The notes beneath the pieces were generated by a model that worked only from the letters and a program-made list of their open reading frames with translations, was not told the origin of the DNA and ran no database searches. Below, piece after piece: positions 1 to 6,446 of a DNA stretch of 20,000 nt. Location of the stretch: the IMG/VR virus record IMGVR_UViG_3300015360_000035; one strand, given 5' to 3'. The translations under genes were made by a program, and so were the position numbers. The first letter of the stretch is position 1. Each line of letters opens with the position of its first letter. This DNA comes from an uncultured virus (IMG/VR IMGVR_UViG_3300015360_000035) (Duplodnaviria; Heunggongvirae; Uroviricota; Caudoviricetes).

Positions 1-28
1 TAATATAAGTTATAATAGATTTAGTCAA
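1..28 (-). promoter_or_regulatory. Putative sigma70 promoter, truncated by the window edge
   Basis: Minus strand TTGACT (28-23), 17-nt spacer, then TATTA at the edge. Same layout as TTGACT-N17-TATTAT at 18448-18476. Confidence 0.45.
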
Positions 29-31
29 CTA

Positions 32-277
32 TTATTTTAAAATATCTTCTAGATTTTTATTAAAATTATAAAGTTTTTCATCGTCTGGATAAATAAACCA
101 ATCGGATGATTGAGTACTCAAATAACTAGAGTGATCTTTTATAGAATGAGTAAAACCTTGGGTATCAATGAATGTGACTTCCGATATTTTTTTATACCAC
201 CAATAGCCTATTGAGTTGTACATCCAAGCAGCACTTTGTATTCTCATTCCAGTATCTAATGCTTCTATAAACGTCAT
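32..277 (-). CDS. Small hypothetical protein, MTFKEALDTG family copy 1
   Basis: MTFIEALDTGMRIQS...WWYKKI...IYPDDEKLYNFNKNLEDILK aligns with 9584-9814 and 12153-12392. ATGA overlap with the upstream ORF. Confidence 0.85.
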   Translation of the reverse strand: MTFIEALDTGMRIQSAAWMYNSIGYWWYKKISEVTFIDTQGFTHSIKDHSSYLSTQSSDWFIYPDDEKLYNFNKNLEDILK

Positions 278-699
278 TCTAGTACTCTATCTAATTCTTT
301 ATTAAAGTTCTCAGACTTAATAATATTATTAACATCTAATAATGTTCCTCTAAATATTACTTCATAACTATCCCTATTTAGAGAATGAGTGATATCACCA
401 TAAAATATTCCGGCATAGTTATTAGATTTAATATTAAAAAAAGCTTTAAAATTTTCAAAATTATCAAGAGCTCCTTTATTAATTTCTTTTAATAAATACT
501 TATCTGGTAAATAAATTACATAAAAAATAGATTCTGCTAATTTAGAGAATTCTATAATAATTTCTTTATTATTAACATTAATCTTGCTTTTTAGATAATA
601 ATCCCACCAATACTCTACCTTATCAATTTTATGAGGTATTTGATTATTGATTTCTTTTATTAATCCTTCAAGATGTTTTTGTAATTTTTCAATCTTCAT
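274..699 (-). CDS. Hypothetical protein ending in the FNKELDRVLE tag
   Basis: 141-aa ORF overlapping both neighbours by ATGA. C-terminus matches the family tag. Confidence 0.8.
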   Translation of the reverse strand: MKIEKLQKHLEGLIKEINNQIPHKIDKVEYWWDYYLKSKINVNNKEIIIEFSKLAESIFYVIYLPDKYLLKEINKGALDNFENFKAFFNIKSNNYAGIFYGDITHSLNRDSYEVIFRGTLLDVNNIIKSENFNKELDRVLE

Positions 700-1067
700 T
701 TCTTTTTCTTCTTATTGAAATGTCTTTGATTTTGATTATTTAAACTCTTTTTTTCATGGCATGAGAGGCAAAGTGTTTGAAAGTTTTCTTCATCGCATAA
801 TAATCTAGGTATATAATTATTCCAATCAATAAAACCTTCATTACCTATAACTTCTATAATATGATCCATTTGCTTTTCTTTGCTAGTCAAATCGGCTTTG
901 CCACAGGATTCGCAAGTCCATGAAACTCTTTTTACCTGAGTTCCTTTTTTAGATGTTATATAAAATTCTTTTTTTGTTCTATTAAGAGCTTTTAATCTAG
1001 GTCCCCATTTTAAAGACAAACGTCTTAACTGATGCAAGATCCAGTTGCGCTTATGTATCTCATTCAT
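696..1067 (-). CDS. HNH endonuclease
   Basis: CESC...QMDHI...ENFQTLCLSCHEKK gives the HNH motif with two CxxC zinc pairs. Confidence 0.85.
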   Translation of the reverse strand: MNEIHKRNWILHQLRRLSLKWGPRLKALNRTKKEFYITSKKGTQVKRVSWTCESCGKADLTSKEKQMDHIIEVIGNEGFIDWNNYIPRLLCDEENFQTLCLSCHEKKSLNNQNQRHFNKKKKK

Positions 1068-1333
1068 TTCTGCACTTTCCTATAGCCACAATTACAAATT
1101 ATTAACTTCTTAATACCCAAATCAATAAGCTCAAGTTCATTATCACAATTAGGGCACAAATTTTTTCTAGTCTTTCGTCTATCTTCTATTTCTTCTTTAA
1201 CAAACTCTTCCGATTGATCATCAACACTTGATTCATATAGATGTTTTCTTTTTTCGCTTCTAGATAAGCTTTTCCTAAGTTTTCGAAGTTCAGAACGCAG
1301 ATGCTCAATTTCTTTACTTTTAGATTTAGACAA
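1064..1333 (-). CDS. Hypothetical protein with coiled coil and C-terminal zinc ribbon
   Basis: CPNC...CNCG at the C-terminus. The ORF-track start (1453) overlaps dUTPase; TTG at 1333, just after the dut stop, is the more plausible start. Confidence 0.65.
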   Translation of the reverse strand: MSKSKSKEIEHLRSELRKLRKSLSRSEKRKHLYESSVDDQSEEFVKEEIEDRRKTRKNLCPNCDNELELIDLGIKKLIICNCGYRKVQK

Positions 1334-1337
1334 GATA

Positions 1338-1772
1338 TTATTTACCGCTCGCTCCCCATCCTCTATCATTTCTACTACTTGTACCAATGTCATCAACAAG
1401 TAGCGGTTCTGGTGTAATAATAGGATAGATGACCGCTTGGGCAATTCGATCATACTTATTGATGCTTAAAACCTGATTAGAGACGTTTTGTAGAGTTACT
1501 GATAGTTCTCCCTTATAAGGTGAATCAACTACTCCTCCAAGAACAGCCCAGCCTGCTAATGCCATGCTAGATCTGGTATGAATGTGTAAATAATATCCTG
1601 AAGGGATGTTTGCTGCAATGCCTGTGCTGAATCTAAACCGTTCTCCAGGATGAACTTCTGTATATCCATTAATGGTGTATAAGTCTAAACCAGCATCTTG
1701 ATCATTAGACCTAGTAGGCAGCTTAGCATCTGGGTGTAGTTTCTTAATAGGAAGGTATTGTCTTTCAATCAT
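1338..1772 (-). CDS. dut: Trimeric dUTPase
   Basis: All five motifs present: AGLDL, TRSS, GVVDSPYKGE, RIAQ, RNDRGWGASG. Confidence 0.96.
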   Translation of the reverse strand: MIERQYLPIKKLHPDAKLPTRSNDQDAGLDLYTINGYTEVHPGERFRFSTGIAANIPSGYYLHIHTRSSMALAGWAVLGGVVDSPYKGELSVTLQNVSNQVLSINKYDRIAQAVIYPIITPEPLLVDDIGTSSRNDRGWGASGK

Positions 1773-1783
1773 AAGTATTCTCT

Positions 1784-2110
1784 TTATAGTTTATTTATAA
1801 AAAAGTTAAAAACTTCATCACTTTTATCAGTGAGTTCTTTGCAGTACTTTCCCATTAATGATGCTGCAGTTTCTTCTATTTGATCCTTTGATAAGAAAGC
1901 TGATTCTGTATGGGTACTATCAAAATAGCAATGAAATAACTCATGTCTAATAGTTTCAATTGTGAATCTATCTTTTCTTAAGTAAACATTATAAGTGTTA
2001 GTATCAGTCACACCATCGGCAGCTTTAAAAGATTTACCATTTACTTTAAGAAATTGTCTGGGTCCTAATAAATGAATAGTCCATACTGTATTTACTATCT
2101 GAATCTTCAT
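1784..2110 (-). CDS. Small HExxH (zincin-like) phage protein, probably leaderless
   Basis: ETIRHELFH followed by a downstream EE motif. ATG lies 6 nt after a -10 box. Confidence 0.75.
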   Translation of the reverse strand: MKIQIVNTVWTIHLLGPRQFLKVNGKSFKAADGVTDTNTYNVYLRKDRFTIETIRHELFHCYFDSTHTESAFLSKDQIEETAASLMGKYCKELTDKSDEVFNFFINKL

Positions 2111-2116
2111 AAAACT

Positions 2117-2145
2117 ATGTTACCCTATGCTTAATAATTAAGCAA
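2117..2145 (-). promoter_or_regulatory. Sigma70 promoter (leaderless) with an overlapping inverted repeat
   Basis: TTGCTT (2145-2140), N17, TAACAT (2122-2117), N6, ATG (2110). Palindrome TGCTTAA-N3-TTAAGCA at 2128-2144. Confidence 0.6.
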
Positions 2146-2146
2146 C

Positions 2147-3727
2147 TTATAATTTCCATTTTCCTCTAATAGAGTTAATAAGTTGTCTCATTCCATTTTC
2201 GTATAGTACCACAGAACTGTGTACCCAAGCACTAGCTCCAGTATTGTAACTTAGCTTTAGATAGCTTGATGTTCCAACAGACCAAGCTCCTCTAAGAATT
2301 TCAGGAACATGACTGTGACCACTAATACTAAACCCATAAGCCTTTTCCATTGATTTAAGGCTACCTCGTGCTCCATTGGCACCTTTATCTCCATGACATC
2401 CTAATTCAATGCCAGCAATCTTATAATCGACATCTCTGTCTAGCCAAGTAACTTTTTCAGGGTTGTCTAATCCGATTAGGGTTTCAATTGCATATTTTAA
2501 AGGTTCTTTACCTTCAAGGGCAGCAGTTACTAATTTAGAAGCAAATAAGTAGTTATGTGGATCTTCAATATACTTGGATTCTCGTAAGTAATAATCTAGG
2601 AAGTCATCATGATTGGATCTAACAATAGTCACTTCACATTTCTTAGTCATCTCATTCAAATCTTTAGCATATCCTCTAAGCTCAGCTTCTAGGCTTAGTT
2701 TATTTTGTGCAGCAAGCTTTGCTCGTAATATGCGATTCTTTTGCTCATGGTGATTAATAGAGCTACCATCAAACCCATCATGAATAATAAGCTTAGGAAC
2801 CTTAAGAGTTTTAACTACTTTATACCAAGACTTCTTAGCTGTAGGATCTGTAGCTCCGCTATGCCAGTCTCCTAGAATAAATGCAGCGGGTGCAACATCT
2901 TCAACGCTACTACCTTTATAGAACTTACCAAGGTCAATAAAATGTCCTACTCGGTTGGCTTGGATTTGTCTAAAGTGAAAGATTGTATTATCTTGAATCT
3001 CTACAATAATACCACCAAGCACATGGTCATTCTTGGCAATATAGGAAGTACGTTCGCTCATAAACTTAGTGCTAACATAATTAGACTTAGTAATTGCTCC
3101 TGTAGTCATAATAACATTAGGAATTTTAGTATTTGAGTTAGCTACTGGTTTCATACGCTGTTTAGGAGAAGCATAGATGAATGATCCATTCTTTTGTCCA
3201 ATGCGGTCTAGTCCAGTGAGGGGATCAATTTGCTTAGCTCCTAGTTTAATATTACTAAGAAATAGATTTTTATTAAGTGACATTTCAGATAAGATAATAT
3301 TTCTACCATCAAGTTGTTTATCTAAAGCATTACCTCCAGCACTGCCAGGATCTGAGGTAAGAAGGATAAGTAAGCAAGCATCATTTACTTTACAGTAGTT
3401 ATCCAAGCTTTCTAGAAAACCTTTATGCACGATGCTTCCAGTTACTGCTGTAGTGATTATAAAACGTTTATACTTAGTAAGTTCTTTGCTTAAAGTCTTA
3501 ATGCGCTTCTTAGCAAATAGTTCATCATCAATAACGCTTTTAAGTTCTAGGGGATAGTTGTCTTTAACAAAGCTCTTAAGTTTAGAGAAGTTACCAAAAT
3601 GATCTCTAATTCGATCTCGGCTTATTCCAGATTGAACTAGTTGAGATCTTGTAGGATGGAACTTATTCTTTTTTGCTAATTGTAAATACTTATCAACAAT
3701 GGGCTTTTGAGTTTTCTTAATTTTCAT
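2147..3727 (-). CDS. A1: T5 A1-like protein (calcineurin-like metallophosphoesterase fold, putative DNase)
   Basis: Metal motifs GDWH, HDGFD, SNHD, HGD, GHSH. Blocks recalled from T5 A1 match: KRFIIT, GIELGCHGDKGANGARG, YNTGASAW...YENGMRQLI. Start set at 3727 (AAAGGA SD, overlapping the end of the upstream ORF). Confidence 0.85.
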   Translation of the reverse strand: MKIKKTQKPIVDKYLQLAKKNKFHPTRSQLVQSGISRDRIRDHFGNFSKLKSFVKDNYPLELKSVIDDELFAKKRIKTLSKELTKYKRFIITTAVTGSIVHKGFLESLDNYCKVNDACLLILLTSDPGSAGGNALDKQLDGRNIILSEMSLNKNLFLSNIKLGAKQIDPLTGLDRIGQKNGSFIYASPKQRMKPVANSNTKIPNVIMTTGAITKSNYVSTKFMSERTSYIAKNDHVLGGIIVEIQDNTIFHFRQIQANRVGHFIDLGKFYKGSSVEDVAPAAFILGDWHSGATDPTAKKSWYKVVKTLKVPKLIIHDGFDGSSINHHEQKNRILRAKLAAQNKLSLEAELRGYAKDLNEMTKKCEVTIVRSNHDDFLDYYLRESKYIEDPHNYLFASKLVTAALEGKEPLKYAIETLIGLDNPEKVTWLDRDVDYKIAGIELGCHGDKGANGARGSLKSMEKAYGFSISGHSHVPEILRGAWSVGTSSYLKLSYNTGASAWVHSSVVLYENGMRQLINSIRGKWKL

Positions 3728-3947
3728 TCTTTTTTCCTTTAGATTTCTTGATAGTTTCATTCTCTTCTTTGTAACTTTCAATTATGCTCTTTTGTTCTTT
3801 AATTACAACTAAAACTCTGGCTACTGGTACATAATAATTAAAAGGCTTTAAAGATCTTTCGGTTAAATCTAATACTTTTAATATTGCTATTAGATGAGGA
3901 AGTACTATTTTAGATTGTTTATAGTCTTTAAGATTATGAATGCTCAT
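3717..3947 (-). CDS. Hypothetical protein
   Basis: Fills the gap between neighbours. Start MSIHNL at 3947 follows the upstream stop. Confidence 0.65.
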   Translation of the reverse strand: MSIHNLKDYKQSKIVLPHLIAILKVLDLTERSLKPFNYYVPVARVLVVIKEQKSIIESYKEENETIKKSKGKKNEN

Positions 3948-3952
3948 TAAAC

Positions 3953-4393
3953 TTAATCCCATTTATAACAAAGATTATTAAGATCTTTTTTTAATTGTTT
4001 AGATTTAAGTCTGGTAACAAAATGAATACAATCATCCCAATTAAATCCAACTAAAGGACATTCTACTTTTGTATAGAATTTTTCTGAATAAAAATCTAAA
4101 TTATTAACAAAATCATATTTAAATAATCTAAATTTTCCATTAGCATAAAAAGAGGCATAATATTTATCTTTTTGTATAGAAAGTATTTTACTATAGTCTG
4201 CGCCACTATAAGTAACACAATCTCCTACTTTAAACTTATGCTCAACTTTATTTGGAATTAATGAATAAATAAAACCCGCGGTTACTATTACAGGAAGAAT
4301 GCTTATAAAAACAAACTTAAATACCTTTTCTGTTAACGTTACTTTTTTCTTCATACTTCTTCTTTCACTTGCTAATTTTTCTTTAAGTTTCAT
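3953..4393 (-). CDS. Membrane-anchored protein with KFKVGDC (SH3/KOW-like) motif
   Basis: N-terminal TM segment FVFISILPVIVTAGFIYSLI, then HKFKVGDCV...KVECP. Resembles 5777-6073. Confidence 0.75.
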   Translation of the reverse strand: MKLKEKLASERRSMKKKVTLTEKVFKFVFISILPVIVTAGFIYSLIPNKVEHKFKVGDCVTYSGADYSKILSIQKDKYYASFYANGKFRLFKYDFVNNLDFYSEKFYTKVECPLVGFNWDDCIHFVTRLKSKQLKKDLNNLCYKWD

Positions 4394-4425
4394 CTAACAC
4401 ATTCTCCAATTTTTATGTTGTATTC

Positions 4426-4623
4426 TTAATCCGGTATCAAATTCTTCCTAGCCTTGATTTTTAAAATATCTTCATCGACCAATCTGATATTGATTCGAGT
4501 AATTTTTTTTGCGGCTGCTTTAAAAGCGCCTTCTAACCGGAGTTTTTCAGTGGAGGACACTTCTTGATAATCTCCCCGGTCAATGCTTCTCTTGATTTCT
4601 TGTTCTTCTTTACTTAATTTCAT
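4426..4623 (-). CDS. Truncated CopG/BrnA-like antitoxin
   Basis: MKLSKEEQEIKRSIDRGDY...KKITRINIRLVDEDILKIKAR matches the recalled pattern MKLxxEExEI...E.GEW...K..RINIRL...DL..I..KA. The usual following GIPYQTLI helix is missing. Confidence 0.7.
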   Translation of the reverse strand: MKLSKEEQEIKRSIDRGDYQEVSSTEKLRLEGAFKAAAKKITRINIRLVDEDILKIKARKNLIPD

Positions 4624-4682
4624 CGCTCTTCCTTCTTTCTTAGGTATTTCTTTTTTAGCTTTCGATTTTCTTTAAAGGTCAT
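4620..4682 (-). pseudogene. 20-aa chimeric mini-ORF: MTFKE fused to a BrnT-like toxin C-terminal tail
   Basis: MTFKENRKLKKKYLRKKEER*. NRKLKKKYL resembles the SRKxxKKYL end of the toxins paired with this antitoxin class. ATGA overlap into the antitoxin. Confidence 0.55.
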
Positions 4683-5740
4683 GATTTCTTCCCATGCGCT
4701 CTATTTTCTAATATGCCGGCATTAGTTATTTCTACTAGCTCAGCTTCTTCTTGAAACTCCTGAATAGTACTTGCTCCAACATAAGACATTGCACTACGTA
4801 GTCCAGCGTCTAATCTTTCAATAGTGTGTTTAACTGGTCCAGAGTAAAGAACAGTAAATGAATCTCCTTCTGGTGTTCTATGAGGAGAAGTCTTACCTTG
4901 GACATCATAGGATGCTTGTGAGGCTGATCCTCTGTATTGTTTGTATTTAGTTTCTCCAATAACTAGTACATTAGGAGCTTCTGTTGCTCCTGCTAACAAT
5001 TGGCCGCACATAACTGCCGTAGCTCCAGCTGCCAAAGCTTTTGCATAATCCCCAGATTCTTTAATTCCACCATCCATAATTAATGGTTCGCCAATAAACT
5101 TAGCTTCATCTACATACATAGAAGCACTAAGAACTTTATTATGAGTTTGGATATCCAGCAATGAGGCTAATCCAGGGTAACCGCATCCTGTAACTACTCG
5201 AGTAATACAAGCAGATCCTCCACCTATGCCCAATTTAAATGCGTCAACTTTATGTTCTTTAAGATGTTTCTTAAATTCTACAATAGACTGAGCTGTAGCA
5301 AAATTACCAGCAATAATGTAAATAGAACTTTCAAACCACTCACGTAACTTAATAACTTGCTCGACTGCTTGAATACTAGCTCCATGGGCAATATCCAAAA
5401 CAAGATGTCTAGCTCCAGATTCAACTAAAGCTTTAGCTCTGCTTAGTTCCTTTTCTCCTACTCCAATAGACACCATCGTATAAGCTCCAGAATGCTTCAC
5501 TGCATCAAATGCTTGTGCATTAGCCTCTATGTCCCAGAAGCGATGTAAACAGCTCATAGCGCCTGCTTCATACATTGCCTTGGCCATATCTACGGTAGTA
5601 ACAGTGTCCATATTCGAAGAGATGATTGGAATGATGTTTAAACCTAAAAAGTTTACTTTACTATGTACTTCTGATCTAGATCTAATGGTACTGAATTTAG
5701 GTGTGATTAAAATGTCATCAAAGCTCAAAAGTTTTTTCAT
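4679..5740 (-). CDS. guaB: IMP dehydrogenase / GMP reductase family enzyme without CBS domains
   Basis: LSFDDILITP, SNMDTVT, LHRF, DIAHG, GNFAT, catalytic loop GIGGGSACITR, DGGI, KALAAGATAVMCG, YRGSAS. SD GAGGAG favours ATG at 5740. IMPDH versus GMPR activity is not resolved. Confidence 0.92.
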   Translation of the reverse strand: MKKLLSFDDILITPKFSTIRSRSEVHSKVNFLGLNIIPIISSNMDTVTTVDMAKAMYEAGAMSCLHRFWDIEANAQAFDAVKHSGAYTMVSIGVGEKELSRAKALVESGARHLVLDIAHGASIQAVEQVIKLREWFESSIYIIAGNFATAQSIVEFKKHLKEHKVDAFKLGIGGGSACITRVVTGCGYPGLASLLDIQTHNKVLSASMYVDEAKFIGEPLIMDGGIKESGDYAKALAAGATAVMCGQLLAGATEAPNVLVIGETKYKQYRGSASQASYDVQGKTSPHRTPEGDSFTVLYSGPVKHTIERLDAGLRSAMSYVGASTIQEFQEEAELVEITNAGILENRAHGKKS

Positions 5741-5757
5741 ACGCATCTCCTCTAAGG

Positions 5758-5786
5758 ATTATAACTTTATTAATTATTAAAGACAA
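5758..5786 (-). promoter_or_regulatory. Sigma70 promoter for guaB
   Basis: TTGTCT (5786-5781), N17, TATAAT (5763-5758), then SD GAGGAG. Confidence 0.75.
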
Positions 5787-6073
5787 GGTGTTTTTTTATT
5801 ATTTGCATCTATAAGCTCAATTGATTCATCCTTCAATTTCCTAGCTTTAACCTCAGAAACTCCCGAGTAGCTAATCTTTGCATTTAAAGGACATTCGAAT
5901 AGGTATTTGCGTTTGCCTATCTTCTTAATCTCACAAACTTTATCTAAATCCCATTCTTCAGCTTCTTTATCAATGAAACAATCACCTACTTGAAACTTAT
6001 ATTGATTATCAATAACTATTGTAATAGAAACTAAACTGGCTAATAATAGGCATCCAAATATAAATTTAAACAT
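5777..6073 (-). CDS. Membrane-anchored or secreted protein with KFQVGDC motif
   Basis: Hydrophobic N-terminus MFKFIFGCLLLASLVSITIVI, then YKFQVGDCF...KIGKRKYLFECP. Exact start uncertain. Confidence 0.7.
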   Translation of the reverse strand: MFKFIFGCLLLASLVSITIVIDNQYKFQVGDCFIDKEAEEWDLDKVCEIKKIGKRKYLFECPLNAKISYSGVSEVKARKLKDESIELIDANNKKTPCL

Positions 6074-6152
6074 CGTCATCATCCTCATTTGGAGCAGCAA
6101 GCATTAATTCCATAACAATAAACAACATAAATATAAAAATAACTAATGCCAT
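6066..6152 (-). CDS. 28-aa single-TM peptide with acidic tail (not in ORF track)
   Basis: Hand translation MALVIFIFMLFIVMELMLAAPNEDDDDV*. AGGA upstream; fills the intergenic gap. Confidence 0.55.
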   Translation of the reverse strand: MALVIFIFMLFIVMELMLAAPNEDDDDV

Positions 6153-6161
6153 ACTAAAATC

Positions 6162-6446
6162 CTACTCTTCTTCTAATAGTTTGTCTAGATTATTATTAAA
6201 AGCTAATACTTTTTTATGTGTTACATAAGCAGGACTTAAAAGAAAGGTAGGAAAAATCTCAAATATGCTTCTATAGTAATTAGTATCTACGTGATAATAA
6301 TGTGTATATAGTTTAGACAGTTCAGGTAAGTACTTTTTATTTACATCAAATATGAAATAAGTTGTATATTTATTAGTAGTATTATTTTCTAAAATAAAGA
6401 AATCTTGAATAAAATATGTATGCCCTTCAACTTCATAAAACTTCAT
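6162..6446 (-). CDS. Hypothetical protein ending in the FNNNLDKLLEEE tag
   Basis: 94-aa Tyr/Phe-rich ORF starting immediately after the polA stop. C-terminus matches the family tag. Confidence 0.75.
   Translation of the reverse strand: MKFYEVEGHTYFIQDFFILENNTTNKYTTYFIFDVNKKYLPELSKLYTHYYHVDTNYYRSIFEIFPTFLLSPAYVTHKKVLAFNNNLDKLLEEE

Larger units (their letters stand above)
4383..4682 (-). pseudogene. Disrupted MTFKEALDTG family copy 4 carrying an inserted toxin-antitoxin fragment
   Basis: ATG ACC TTT AAA GAA (MTFKE, 4682-4668, ATGA overlap with the guaB stop); then the insert; then TTT GAT ACC GGA TTA AGA ATA CAA CAT AAA AAT TGG (FDTGLRIQHKNW, 4441-4406); then KLENVLDET* in another frame (4412-4383). 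Confidence 0.7.

Noticed and set aside
2942..3398. Plus-strand ORFs 2942-3136 and 3177-3398
   Set aside because: Antisense shadows inside the A1-like gene, with no motifs or SD.
4426..4682. Intact toxin-antitoxin module or IS element
   Set aside because: Only about 15 toxin-like codons are present, the antitoxin is truncated, and there is no transposase or terminal inverted repeat.
5529..5780. Plus-strand 83-aa ORF
   Set aside because: Antisense to guaB.
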